Assembly (NCBI GenBank): GCA_023379605.1
Contig: JAMCQF010000106.1
Location: forward strand, 1 to 46,436
DNA length: 46,436 bases
DNA from: Actinomycetota bacterium
GTDB taxonomy: Bacteria; Actinomycetota; Acidimicrobiia; Acidimicrobiales; JAMCQF01
Reading direction: 5' to 3'
Position 1 is the first letter of the stretch; each line of letters starts with the position of its first letter. Positions 1-9,696 of this stretch are shown in pieces. Made by a program: the position numbers and the translations under genes. The notes under the pieces are model-generated. The model had not been told where the DNA came from. It worked only from the letters and a program-made list of their open reading frames with translations, and did no database searches.

Positions 1-2
1 GC

Positions 3-935
3 CTGCTTCTGTCCTGGCGGCACGCCAGAGCCGAGATGCGCTCTAGGATCATGCAGGCCTGGTGTGAGAGCCTCTCTGGAGGAGCACATGTCCTCACAGT
101 GGAGCAGCTCTCGGAGCGTTTGGCCGCTACTATGGCTCCAAGTCGTGGCAACCTGCTTGGGCCGCAGCCAGGTCCTTTTTTGGCTCCCAGCTCCTGGGAG
201 CCTACCTCCCAGATTGGTTTCAGCTTTCTAAGGGCGGTGGAGCTTGAAGGAGGTCCTGGCTGGGAGGAGTTGGCCAGGGCGGCGGCGCTGCCGGATGGTT
301 CGTGGGATCCCATAGCCAGGATGATCGCTAAAGAGCCGATCCTGGCTCGATCTCTTGTGCGACCATCCTTCGGCAAAGACGCAACGACAGATTTCGGGCA
401 GCTTCTAAACGAGCTCGATGGCTTAAGGGCTAAGCTCTCTGCAAGCTTGGCTGCCATAGGGCCTGAACCGGCAAGGCGCGAAGGCTGGAGATTGGCCCAC
501 CTCGATGAGCTCCACGCTTACAGCACCCTGACAGCTAAGGCCATGGCCGAAGTAATAGGGATCGGCCAGCGAGCATTGTCCAAGCCTCCAGCAGAAGTGG
601 TGGATCAGCTTGGTTTGCCGCCCAGCGCCGGGGTTGGGCGGCGTTCTTGGCTTCTTGCTGCTGTAGCGATGGAGGTTTACCGCGAGCGCCAAGCAGCTCT
701 GCGGAGCACTCCGGAGCAGGAGCGGGCACTGGACAGCAGCTCTGGGTCGCATGTGCTGCACGCATTGGTGGTGAGAGATCATGTTGCACGAGCCTCAGCT
801 CTGCTGTCGCGCAGAGCTCGTGGGACCGACAGGGTAGACGAGCTACACCGCAGTTTTGCAAGGTTAGGCCCAAGGGAGCGCGGCATAGGTACACATCAGC
901 GCCTCGGCGGTGACAGAGGGATCCAGACCACTTAG
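3..935 (+). CDS. C-terminal part of a probable MobF/TrwC-type relaxase(-helicase); 5'-truncated by the window edge
   Basis: Frame is open from position 3 into the ATG at 36. PPAEVVDQLGLPP...RRSWLLAAVAMEVYRER resembles the LGxxP...W..AA..(V/I)..YRER segment of actinobacterial relaxase C-termini, and the ERGIG...DRGIQ ending is typical of relaxase tails. No catalytic motifs lie inside the window. Confidence 0.45.
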   Translation: MLLSWRHARAEMRSRIMQAWCESLSGGAHVLTVEQLSERLAATMAPSRGNLLGPQPGPFLAPSSWEPTSQIGFSFLRAVELEGGPGWEELARAAALPDGSWDPIARMIAKEPILARSLVRPSFGKDATTDFGQLLNELDGLRAKLSASLAAIGPEPARREGWRLAHLDELHAYSTLTAKAMAEVIGIGQRALSKPPAEVVDQLGLPPSAGVGRRSWLLAAVAMEVYRERQAALRSTPEQERALDSSSGSHVLHALVVRDHVARASALLSRRARGTDRVDELHRSFARLGPRERGIGTHQRLGGDRGIQTT

Positions 936-999
936 GCGTGCAAGGCGTGCCTGTGCCGCGGGAGATCGGAGCCGCTGTGGTTGGGGAATGGCTTTGTGG

Positions 1000-2013
1000 T
1001 CAGTATCCAGCGCTTAAGTCAACCACGTTGCGCAGAGGCTCGCCACGCGACCACCGCCCTAGCTGGTCTGCGAAGAGCTCCAGGATGCGCCCGGGAACCC
1101 TCTTGGAGGACCAGGTGTGATGTGGCAGCACTAGCACGTTGTCGCGCCGCCACAGGGGATGCTCTGGGGGCAGAGGCTCCTCGACAAATGCATCGAGCAC
1201 AGCTCCAGCGATCGCAGTCGAATCCAGGGCGGTTATAAGTGCCGACTCGTCTATGAGGGCTCCGCGCGCCACGTTTATCACCCATGCGGATGACGGGAGA
1301 GCTGAGAACACTTGCTCATCGAGCATCCCGCGAGTCTGGGAGGTGAGTGGAAGCGCACAGACGAGAAAATCAGTGTGATCAAGTCTCTCCCGCCACTGAC
1401 TAGGGCCCACAACGGAATCCACTCCTTCGGGCACGCGATCTCTAGGCCGTCTGGACACCGCAGTCACCCGCATCCCAAAGGGTCGCACCATAGAGGCGGT
1501 CAAGGTCCCAACACCACCTAGCCCAAGGATCAGCAGCCGCTTGCCCTCGAGCTCCTCCAGCTCCCCACCTCTTTTCCAGATACCGGCATCTGATTGGCGG
1601 ACGAAGCGTGCGAGCTGCTTTGACGCTGCCAGGATAGCCAGAACGCACCATTCAGCCATTGGTCTCTCGAAGTTTCCTGAGCCGTTCGACAGGATGATCT
1701 GGCGTGCCGAGAGCTCCTCTAGGGGAAGAAAGTCAATGCCTACAGCGTCCGAATGCACCCAGCGAAGCGATGGTAGGAGGGAGACGGCCCTGAGGGTCCA
1801 ATCGGAGCCCATCTGTGTCGTACGCCAGAGCACCTCAACATCCTTGAGGTCACCTGGTAGCTGAGACAGGTCATCGCTCAACGGAACTGCAATCATGCCG
1901 GGGGGCAGCATCTTCTCTGCAGCCATCCTTTCGAAGGCGGGCAGGGCACGCTCTGGCAGTCCTATTAGCACAGGAGCAGGCTTAAAATCGGCAGTTCCAT
2001 CGTTGCACATCAT
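1000..2013 (-). CDS. D-2-hydroxyacid dehydrogenase (NAD(P)-binding)
   Basis: GLGGVG Rossmann motif, INVARG, LDAFVEEPL, VLPHH, NVVDLSAGY C-terminus. Confidence 0.93.
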   Translation of the reverse strand: MMCNDGTADFKPAPVLIGLPERALPAFERMAAEKMLPPGMIAVPLSDDLSQLPGDLKDVEVLWRTTQMGSDWTLRAVSLLPSLRWVHSDAVGIDFLPLEELSARQIILSNGSGNFERPMAEWCVLAILAASKQLARFVRQSDAGIWKRGGELEELEGKRLLILGLGGVGTLTASMVRPFGMRVTAVSRRPRDRVPEGVDSVVGPSQWRERLDHTDFLVCALPLTSQTRGMLDEQVFSALPSSAWVINVARGALIDESALITALDSTAIAGAVLDAFVEEPLPPEHPLWRRDNVLVLPHHTWSSKRVPGRILELFADQLGRWSRGEPLRNVVDLSAGY

Positions 2014-2360
2014 ACTCTTAAGCCTTGGTTTGGGGTCATGATCCGCCTGCGGTGGATATTTTTCTTCTGGTCAATTTGCTCACCTGATCCCAAGATCGCC
2101 GTTGCTATTCCAAGCTTGGAACGAAGTCTACAATGTCCAAAAAGCCTGCCATATCAATGGTTTTTCGTCCATTTGCGAACTGTGCGCTGTCAATGGAGCC
2201 AATGGAGCACACACGTAGGTAACCACTTAGCCAGCCCGCAGATCGCACCATTCATGGGTAAATGCTTGACCTGGAGTGCAAAAACCTCTTTGATTGCAGA
2301 GATTCCATGTGATTATTTTCAAGAACCCGAAGAGGAGGTAGTTGGGATGGAGGGTCCGCA

Positions 2361-3209
2361 ATGAACAAGTCTGATCTGGTAAGAGCGGTTAGTGAAGCCG
2401 GAGGTGTGGCACGGCACGAAGCTGAGCAAGTGCTTGATGCGTTCGTCTCAACAGTTATGGCAGAGGTAAATGCCGGACGAAAGGTTGCGCTGATGGGATT
2501 CGGGACCTTCGTACCGTCAAAGCGTGGAGCCCGCACTGGCCGCAACCCCCGAACGGGTGAGCCGGTAACGATAGCCCCATCACGTGGAGTCCGGTTCACA
2601 ACCGGCTCGATATTCAAGTCGGTACTCAACAAAGGAGGAACTATTCCAGTGCCGCCAGCCAAGAAATCCACATCCACCGCCAGCGCCAGAAAGGCAACTG
2701 CCACAAGGGCTGGCGCGACAAAAGCCAGCGCCCGCAAGGCAACTGCCACAAGAGCTGGCGCGACAAAAGCCAGCTCCACAAGGGCCAGCGCCAGAAAGGC
2801 AACTGCCACAAGGGCCAGTGCCAGAAAGGCAACCTCTACTGCCACCAGCGCCACAAGGGCCAGTGCCAGAAAGGCAACCTCTACTGCCACCAGCGCCACA
2901 AGGGCCAGTGCCCGCAAGGCAACTGCCACAAGGGCAACTGCCACAAAAGCCAGCGCCAGAAAGGCAACTGCGACAAAAGCCAGCGCCACAAGAGCCAGCG
3001 CCACAAGAGCCAGCGCCAGAAAGGCAACTTCCACAAGGGCAACTGCGACAAAAGCCAGCGCCACAAGAGCCAGCGCCAGAAAGGCAACCACAGTCAAAGC
3101 AACTGCTGCAAGGGCTACTGCGAGAAAGGCGACATCGGCTGCAACCAAGGTTGTCGCACGCAAGGCCCCTGTTCGGAAGTCAGCCGCGAAAAGAGCTTCG
3201 TCTAGGTAA
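2361..3209 (+). CDS. hup: HU family DNA-binding protein with long basic histone-H1-like tail (HupB/Hlp type)
   Basis: MNKSDLV...GFGTF...ARTGRNPRTGE HU domain followed by a long Ala/Thr/Lys/Arg/Ser repeat tail; GGAGGG RBS upstream. Confidence 0.95.
   Translation: MNKSDLVRAVSEAGGVARHEAEQVLDAFVSTVMAEVNAGRKVALMGFGTFVPSKRGARTGRNPRTGEPVTIAPSRGVRFTTGSIFKSVLNKGGTIPVPPAKKSTSTASARKATATRAGATKASARKATATRAGATKASSTRASARKATATRASARKATSTATSATRASARKATSTATSATRASARKATATRATATKASARKATATKASATRASATRASARKATSTRATATKASATRASARKATTVKATAARATARKATSAATKVVARKAPVRKSAAKRASSR
2680..3130 (+). repeat. Imperfect tandem coding repeats (ASARKATAT / RASAT units) in the HU tail
   Basis: Recurrent gccagcgccagaaaggcaactgccacaag units, including a 45-bp duplication encoding RASARKATSTATSAT. 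Confidence 0.9.
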
Positions 3210-3269
3210 GCCAGCCAGAGCTTAGATCTCTTTGGCCAAGCATCACCGGATTTTTGGGGTGCCTGGCGG

Positions 3270-4040
3270 TCACAGGTCGTCGATGAGGTGGAAGGCCTCT
3301 CCGGCTTCCAGACCGACCAGGCGCCCTGCCGCTTCTGCAAGCGCTCTTACCCGGAGGTTGAAATCGGTGCTGTCGCCATCACTGAGAACACCCATGGTTG
3401 TTAAGTGCTGGCTTTTGTGCATGAGAAGTGAGGAGATCTTTAGCTCGACATATCCACCTGCGTCCTCTATGTGGTTCGGCTCCTCTGCCTCCCACAAGAG
3501 CAGGGCAGAGGGCCTATGGTGGCTACCACCATGTCCGGGGAAGAACATTGGGTCTCTCGCTGCAACAAGCGAATCCAAGGTGAGCAGGCCAGCATTGCGG
3601 TGATCTGGATGCAGGCGGTAGCTACGCCAGGGATCGTGTCCCAGCACCACTTCGGGACGGTAGTGGCGGATCCAAGCGCATAGCTGTGCACGCTCTTTGG
3701 TGCCAGCGCGCAGCTCACCATCTGGCCATCCCAGAAACACCGTTTCGCCTTCGGGGCAGATAAGCTTTGCAGCAGCTCTCTGCTCTCGCTGACGGCGGAG
3801 CGCGAGCCCCGCGAGATTCCCATCAGCTTCCCAGGTGCCCTTGGAGCCGTCAGTGCACACGACGTGGATGACATGACAGCCTGCTGCCGACCATTTGGCC
3901 AGTGTCGCCCCGCATCCGAACTCGATGTCGTCAGGATGAGCTCCTATTGCCATGGCGCGCCGTGGTGGAGGGATATCTATGCTGCAAGTGCTCTTAGTAT
4001 ATGGCGGAAGACGGGGCCAGAAACTGCTGGGAACGGTCAA
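3270..4040 (-). CDS. PIG-L/LmbE family deacetylase
   Basis: AHPDD metal motif, TDGSKG, RQREQ, HPDH motif; overlaps the cofC stop. Confidence 0.92.
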   Translation of the reverse strand: MTVPSSFWPRLPPYTKSTCSIDIPPPRRAMAIGAHPDDIEFGCGATLAKWSAAGCHVIHVVCTDGSKGTWEADGNLAGLALRRQREQRAAAKLICPEGETVFLGWPDGELRAGTKERAQLCAWIRHYRPEVVLGHDPWRSYRLHPDHRNAGLLTLDSLVAARDPMFFPGHGGSHHRPSALLLWEAEEPNHIEDAGGYVELKISSLLMHKSQHLTTMGVLSDGDSTDFNLRVRALAEAAGRLVGLEAGEAFHLIDDL

Positions 4041-4681
4041 GGCCTTCTCTCAAACAGATCGGTACACGGAGCGCACATTGTGGCGACGAGCTGGCTGTCC
4101 AGGGCCCACAGGTCTTCTGGGCTATCGATGTCGTGTGAGATCTCATGATCATCGAGCACAAGCACCTCCAAGCCTACACGGTGGGCTTCGATGCAGTGGC
4201 GTTGGAAGGATCCTACCCCATAGGAGAAACCAAACCCGCTTGAAGCAGGTATCGTGATCGCGTTCGTCCCGCTTCGGTGCCGATCTGGAGCGATCACCAC
4301 TATCCCCCCTGTGGCATCTCCTATCCCAGTGTCTATCATCTGCGATATCCCGCTCAGGAGGGGAAGATCGGCATGGAGCACCGTCACCCATTTGTAGCCT
4401 TGATCTGCCAGCATCTGAACGCCCTTTGTCACAGCGGCATTAAGCCCGGGGCCAGGCATCCAAGCGGGGACCGCACCGTGGGCTTCGGCCCACTTGGCTA
4501 CCTCCCTGTCATCGCAGACAACGGTGACAGGCCAGGGTCGGCATGCCATCAGGGTCCTTTCGGCCATCGCCTGCGCGAGCCGAGCACGCTCAGCTGGGCT
4601 GAGTAAACCGCCTAAGCGCGTCTTGGCTCCGATGAACGATTTCACAGGGACGAGCACCCCCCGGTCTTCGGGTATGGTCAT
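4037..4681 (-). CDS. cofC: 2-phospho-L-lactate/PEP guanylyltransferase (F420 biosynthesis)
   Basis: VLVPVKSFIGAKTRL, GLNAAV, HADLP, APDRHRSGTN, YGVGSFQRH, DIDSPEDL; start placed at ATG 4681 to avoid overlap with the divergent cyclase. Confidence 0.9.
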   Translation of the reverse strand: MTIPEDRGVLVPVKSFIGAKTRLGGLLSPAERARLAQAMAERTLMACRPWPVTVVCDDREVAKWAEAHGAVPAWMPGPGLNAAVTKGVQMLADQGYKWVTVLHADLPLLSGISQMIDTGIGDATGGIVVIAPDRHRSGTNAITIPASSGFGFSYGVGSFQRHCIEAHRVGLEVLVLDDHEISHDIDSPEDLWALDSQLVATMCAPCTDLFERRP

Positions 4682-4768
4682 CTCAGAGGTATACGGCCAC
4701 GGTCGATCTGCTCCAAGATGCCAGCTTAGGCCGGAGGCGACCGAGTTCGACAGACTTAGCGGTAGAGG

Positions 4769-6004
4769 GTGAGCAAGCACTTGACATGGAGCACGGTGGG
4801 CGATCGAGCAGATGAGCTGGCCGAGGTAAAGCAGTACCTGCGTGCCAGGGGTGCCAGCGATGAGACCGTCGAGCGAGCAGCAGCACAGGGAGTCCTTGGG
4901 CTGCTCGTGACCGAGTACGTCCTTGATCCCTCGGGGCGTAGGTACACAAGGTCTGACATGGAAGAGCTGACTGGCGTAGGTGTGGATACCCTCCTTAGGT
5001 TCTGGCGGGCTTTGGGTTTTCCCGATGTGGAGCCAACTGAAAAGGCGTTCACTGATCTAGACGTCGAGGCGATAACGATCCTTGGTCAGCTGCTAGACAC
5101 AGGACTTACTGACCTGGATTCGGCGGTACAGATGGCACGGGTCATGGGATCGTGCATGACCCGTATCGCCGAGGCAGAGCTGAGCATGGCGCGCGATGCA
5201 GTCGAGCATGTAGATGACCTGACCCAGGCGCGCCAGCTCACCGCCGCTGATGAGTCCCTCGTTCAGAGCTTCGCCCGGCTCCTCGAGTACGCCTGGAGGC
5301 GCCATCTTGCCGCTGCTACGCGCAGGAGAATGGCTCTACGCTCCCAGGATCGCTCTGGCTCACCCGCTTCGGGCTCTTTGGAGATGGCAGTGGGCTTTGC
5401 GGACATGGTGGGCTTCACGGCCTTAAGCCAGCAGCTGAGCAGGGAGGAACTTGCGAGGGTAGTCACGCGCTTTGAGGATGTGGCTCACGGCATAGTAACA
5501 GCCCTTGGTGGACGGGTGGTCAAGATGATAGGGGACGAAGCCATGTTCGTTGTAGAGGATATAGAGGCTGCAGCGCGCATGTCCCTCGACCTGGCAGAGG
5601 CATACGCTGACGACGAGCTGCTCTCCGATGTGAGGATAGGTCTCTGCGTAGGCCCTGTGCTGGCAATGGACGGTGACTACTACGGACCGGTGGTGAACAT
5701 GGCCAGCCGCATGGTCAACATTGCCAACCCAGGCTCAGTTCTCGTTTCCGACGAGGTGCACGCACGACTCAAGGACAGCGAGGAGCTCGTGTGGCGTTCT
5801 CTCAAGCCACGATATCTAAAGGATATAGGCAGAGTGCATATGTGGGCAATGATGCGGCTTGGTCGTGAAACCTCTGTGGCTCAACGGCGCCTGGGTGAGC
5901 GTTGGCAGCGAATATCGACGAACCTGACCAAGGATCTGGGTGAGCTGCGCGAGCGCGGCGAAAGGCTCCTATCTACCACCGACGAGCATCTGTCACCCAG
6001 CTGA
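4769..6004 (+). CDS. Class III adenylate cyclase with N-terminal regulatory domain (Rv1264/Rv2212-like architecture)
   Basis: FADMVGFT, VKMIGDEAM, DGDYYGPVVNMASR supply the canonical catalytic residues (D, K, D, D, N, R); N-terminal FWRALGFP regulatory segment; start uncertain (GTG 4769 or 4796). Confidence 0.9.
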   Translation: MSKHLTWSTVGDRADELAEVKQYLRARGASDETVERAAAQGVLGLLVTEYVLDPSGRRYTRSDMEELTGVGVDTLLRFWRALGFPDVEPTEKAFTDLDVEAITILGQLLDTGLTDLDSAVQMARVMGSCMTRIAEAELSMARDAVEHVDDLTQARQLTAADESLVQSFARLLEYAWRRHLAAATRRRMALRSQDRSGSPASGSLEMAVGFADMVGFTALSQQLSREELARVVTRFEDVAHGIVTALGGRVVKMIGDEAMFVVEDIEAAARMSLDLAEAYADDELLSDVRIGLCVGPVLAMDGDYYGPVVNMASRMVNIANPGSVLVSDEVHARLKDSEELVWRSLKPRYLKDIGRVHMWAMMRLGRETSVAQRRLGERWQRISTNLTKDLGELRERGERLLSTTDEHLSPS

Positions 6005-6129
6005 GCCGGTCAGATACTTGGGCAACCTGCACATGACCATTTCACCTTGACCCAGCTACTTAGCGGTTCCTTTAGATGAAGCAGCTTAAAGACGCTCGCG
6101 CGTTTCGGATTGACTGGATATCGGATCGG

Positions 6130-8820
6130 TTAGCGGCTTATCCTAGCTGTCGCTATAGCCCAGGGTCCAAGGGTGAAAGCACCTCTGAAGGGATCCAGGG
6201 GTCGCCCAGTAAGGTCCACGAGCCAGCCGCTCGCGTTGGGAATATGCACGGTCGCATCCTGCGCCTTTGGGTTAAAAACCCGTACTTCAATTGCAGAGCC
6301 GCTACGTCTAATGCAGGATACCTCGGCTCCTGAGACCTCCAGTTCGGTTCCGAAGCGGGCCCTTTTGCCGCCACCAAGGCTATAGATGCTCTCCAGTGGC
6401 AAGAAGGCGTCATCTACCATCGCGTATGGATCGATCGCCTCAGAGCACAGCGCGTAGCGTGCCACAATGGGCCCTTGCATCTGAGGTCCCACAAGAGAAG
6501 TGGTGGGACCTGCCGGTAACGGCCTGTATGACATAAAGGGCCGAGACAGCATCCCGGTGGCACGAAGAACCGTTAGTGCGATCGCATCTGCGCTGGTGAT
6601 CTCTCCATCCTCGTTCCCGCAGCGAGCTTTGGCTTGGTCAACCAGCTCGTACTCGAGCAGCCCCTCGTGTGCGACCGTAAGCCCGCCTGCGCGCACGAAC
6701 CGCCGCGAGGGCCATGTGGGAAGCCCTCGCTCATGCGGACCCCCTTCTGCTGTAAGACCTCGGTTCACGATCGCAAACGCACACTCTGCCTCGGAGAGCT
6801 GGGCTGGGGAGGGAAGAGGGAGCAGCACTCGCAAGCGGTGATCTCTGCAGTGATTGTCGAAGGTCGTGGCAACCCTTAGGAAGCGCTCTCCGGCGTGCAG
6901 CTCCAGACGGGTTCGCACAGCTACCTCTCTCTCGCCGGTCCTGGAGCTTTTCGTGGTGTCTATGAACTCCGGCCATAGGTAGGTGGACACGATCTCGATA
7001 GCAGCGCGCACAGGCCCGGCTTCACAGAGATGGACACGCACCTCCTTGGGCGTGTCCACAGTTATATTATTGCGGGGCGGGGAGTAGTTGTAGGTGTCAC
7101 CAAGATCGCCTCCATCCACCAGCCTACCCATTCCGTGGATATCACCTATTGAGAACGTTCCATCGATGGGATCTGTGCCCACTGTGATGAGGCCATTTGA
7201 CATCCTTGGTGGCCCGTCCTTGGAACCATCGCCACCTTTGACGGTGACAGGGAAATCAAGCGGGCCGGGCTCCCAGGTCGACCACCCATACCCAGGGACA
7301 TCCCGAGATCGTGCAAGAACCCGCACGCTTGGTGGCTGGTCTATGCGGACCCTTACACTGGCGTGAGGTTGTGCGCCAAGGCGAGCGTAGAGCTCCCTTT
7401 TGGCCTCATCTATAGAGAAGCCCGCACGTGCTCTGGGGCCTATGTGGACAAGCACTGAGAGGCCTTCGTCGAAGTCCTCTATATCCACGCCAGTCACGAA
7501 AGCCTCGTGCTGGATCTCCTCGCCCTGGATGGCGCCGAGCACTAAACGAGCGGTCGCTGCGTCCAAGGTCATATCCCCTGGGAGGCTGAAAGGCTGGCCG
7601 ACTTGCTGGGTTCCTTCTGGAGGTTCGGCAAGGGGAAGTGTTATCTCTATGGTTCCACATCGAGAACGGGCCGAGGTGTTGACTATGACAGGGCCAGGAT
7701 TGGCCATCTCGCCAGCTAGGGCCTCAATTGCGCGGTTGGCAAGTCCAGAGGCTATCTGGCGTGCCTCGGCGTAGCGCTCCAGCACGGCGTCAACGACTTC
7801 ATCGGCCGAGCATGCGCATACAGAGTCATGCGCGGAGTTTAGGACAAGCGCTCGCCAGGCCATCTCCATGGAAGCCTCTGGCCATCTCTCAGCGGGTAGG
7901 AAAAGCGCGCATGCCGGCTCGGCCCGACGTTCTAGCTCACGCTCGGCAAGCGCAGCGGCTCGTTTTACGTCCATCCTATTGGACACCACGCCCATTAGAA
8001 GGTTGGCGCGAGCGCCCGAGCGGAGCTCTCCTGTCCAGCTGGGCAAGCCTTCGGTCGGTCGGAGAGCAAGCTCCTCGGCCAGCGAGGTGACAGCTAGATC
8101 GAACTCGTCTTGTAAACGGTTGGTTTCTGCAATCACCCTGCCGAGCCAGGGTTGGGGGCTTTGGTGGTCGGTGCCGTTCATCAGCAGGAGCCCGTCTAGC
8201 ATGTATGAGCTCATCTCTGCGATCTGAGCCTTGAGACGTCTCAGTAGGCCTTCTGGGTGGTCGGGCAAGCTTGCCCCATTCCCGTAGCCGCAGGCAAGAT
8301 ATTCAGCTCTTACCGTAGATCCATCCGGGGACGACCACCAGAAGGCGTCCCTTTCTATGCTAGAGGGCACCCCACGCCAGACCACAGCGTGGCTGAAGCC
8401 TGCCTGGCGAAGGATCTGCGGCATCTGAGCTATGTGACCGAACATGTCCGGGAGGTAGCCCACCGGCATAGCACCCCCAAAGCAAGCAGCCCGGTTCATG
8501 CCTGTCTGGAGATTGCGAATGATGGTCTCTCCCGAGACAAGGAACTCGTCCATAAGGATGTACCACGGTCCAACCGAGAGCCTCCCCGAGACGGCCAGAT
8601 CACGGATCCGGCCTTCCTGGTGCGGTCTTATCTCCAGGTAATCGTCTACGACGGCCATTTGTCCATCGAGCATGAAACGGGCATAAGAGAGGTCGTTCTC
8701 CAAGAGCTCGAGCAGGCCATCGACCATCTCCACGAGTCTTAGGCGGAATGACTGGAACGGCTCGTACCACTCTCTGTCCCAATGGGTGTGAGGCACCACT
8801 GCCACACGTTGCGTTGTCAT
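6130..8820 (-). CDS. Glycoside hydrolase family 38 alpha-mannosidase
   Basis: VPHTHWDREWY, LDGQ, GPWY, GYLPDMFGH, NGTDH, HDSVCACSAD motifs; start set at ATG 8820. Confidence 0.93.
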   Translation of the reverse strand: MTTQRVAVVPHTHWDREWYEPFQSFRLRLVEMVDGLLELLENDLSYARFMLDGQMAVVDDYLEIRPHQEGRIRDLAVSGRLSVGPWYILMDEFLVSGETIIRNLQTGMNRAACFGGAMPVGYLPDMFGHIAQMPQILRQAGFSHAVVWRGVPSSIERDAFWWSSPDGSTVRAEYLACGYGNGASLPDHPEGLLRRLKAQIAEMSSYMLDGLLLMNGTDHQSPQPWLGRVIAETNRLQDEFDLAVTSLAEELALRPTEGLPSWTGELRSGARANLLMGVVSNRMDVKRAAALAERELERRAEPACALFLPAERWPEASMEMAWRALVLNSAHDSVCACSADEVVDAVLERYAEARQIASGLANRAIEALAGEMANPGPVIVNTSARSRCGTIEITLPLAEPPEGTQQVGQPFSLPGDMTLDAATARLVLGAIQGEEIQHEAFVTGVDIEDFDEGLSVLVHIGPRARAGFSIDEAKRELYARLGAQPHASVRVRIDQPPSVRVLARSRDVPGYGWSTWEPGPLDFPVTVKGGDGSKDGPPRMSNGLITVGTDPIDGTFSIGDIHGMGRLVDGGDLGDTYNYSPPRNNITVDTPKEVRVHLCEAGPVRAAIEIVSTYLWPEFIDTTKSSRTGEREVAVRTRLELHAGERFLRVATTFDNHCRDHRLRVLLPLPSPAQLSEAECAFAIVNRGLTAEGGPHERGLPTWPSRRFVRAGGLTVAHEGLLEYELVDQAKARCGNEDGEITSADAIALTVLRATGMLSRPFMSYRPLPAGPTTSLVGPQMQGPIVARYALCSEAIDPYAMVDDAFLPLESIYSLGGGKRARFGTELEVSGAEVSCIRRSGSAIEVRVFNPKAQDATVHIPNASGWLVDLTGRPLDPFRGAFTLGPWAIATARISR

Positions 8821-8828
8821 GGCAGGCC

Positions 8829-8838
8829 ACGCTACCGT
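8829..8838. promoter_or_regulatory. Overlapping divergent -10 elements (TAGCGT on -, TACCGT on +) for probable leaderless transcripts
   Basis: Each TANNNT hexamer lies 7-8 nt from a start codon (ATG 8820 on -, GTG 8846 on +); only 25 nt separate the starts and no Shine-Dalgarno sequence is visible. Confidence 0.55.
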
Positions 8839-8845
8839 GCATTTT

Positions 8846-9286
8846 GTGCGGATCGCCTTCGGAACCGATGAGGTCACCCCACTCACAGAGGAGCTGGTGG
8901 CAGGCTTGCCAGATCGTGGTCACCAAGTCGTCGTCGTTGGGGCCGGTGAACCCTGGCCAGAAGTTGGCCGTAGAGTGGCTCTCGCGGTCTCTAGGGGCGA
9001 AGCAGACCTTGGGCTGGTCCTTTGCTGGACAGGAACGGGCGTCTCAATAGCCGCCAACAAGGTGCCTTCTGTTAGAGCGGCTCTGTGCACAGACGCAGAG
9101 ACAGCCGCGGGGGCAAGGCGGTACAACGACGCCAATGTCCTGGCGCTGAGCCTGCGTCTGACCTCCTCGGCACTTGCTTGGGAGATGGTGGACGCCTTCG
9201 TGACAGGAGAGGTGGACCATCAAGCCCGACCGCTCATAGACCGGCTGGAGATGGCTTTGCAGCTTCCAAGCGACACCTTGGGCTGA
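8846..9286 (+). CDS. rpiB: RpiB/LacA/LacB family sugar-phosphate isomerase
   Basis: RIAFGTDE, CWTGTGVSIAANKVPSVRAALC, ARRYNDANVLALS. Confidence 0.88.
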   Translation: MRIAFGTDEVTPLTEELVAGLPDRGHQVVVVGAGEPWPEVGRRVALAVSRGEADLGLVLCWTGTGVSIAANKVPSVRAALCTDAETAAGARRYNDANVLALSLRLTSSALAWEMVDAFVTGEVDHQARPLIDRLEMALQLPSDTLG

Positions 9287-9369
9287 TCAGGCACTTGGCC
9301 CTATCCTTCGAGCCGCTGGGCCGTCTGTGATAGGGCCTTTGATTGGCGCAAGTGATATACGATCTTCAA

Positions 9370-9696
9370 ATGACCACTTTCCTCATGCTTTCCACCCTGG
9401 GACCGGATGGCGCGGCCACCTTGCGCCAGAACCCGGGCCGTACGAGGGAGGTGAACGCCGAGGTAGAGGCGATGGGGGTGAAGATCCTCCATCAGTGGGC
9501 GGTGCTTGGCCAGTATGACTTCTGCACAATCCTCGAGGCACCCGATGAGATGACTGTTGCAAAGGTCGCTGTCACCCTGGGTGCACGCGGGACCTTGAAG
9601 ACGCTAACACTTACTGCCATCCCGGTAGAGGAGTTCCTAAGTGCGATCGGAGAGACTGAGCCAGGTCCCGCAGCTCAATACCACCAGAGCCCTTGA
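9370..9696 (+). CDS. GYD domain protein
   Basis: LGQYD motif, TLKTLTLTAI; TACGAT -10-like hexamer 6 nt before the ATG suggests a leaderless transcript. Confidence 0.85.
   Translation: MTTFLMLSTLGPDGAATLRQNPGRTREVNAEVEAMGVKILHQWAVLGQYDFCTILEAPDEMTVAKVAVTLGARGTLKTLTLTAIPVEEFLSAIGETEPGPAAQYHQSP

Noticed and set aside
2252-3340. 362-aa hydrophobic ORF on the minus strand and 213-aa Pro/Gln ORF at 2584-3225
   Set aside because: Shadow frames of the stop-free HU tail repeats
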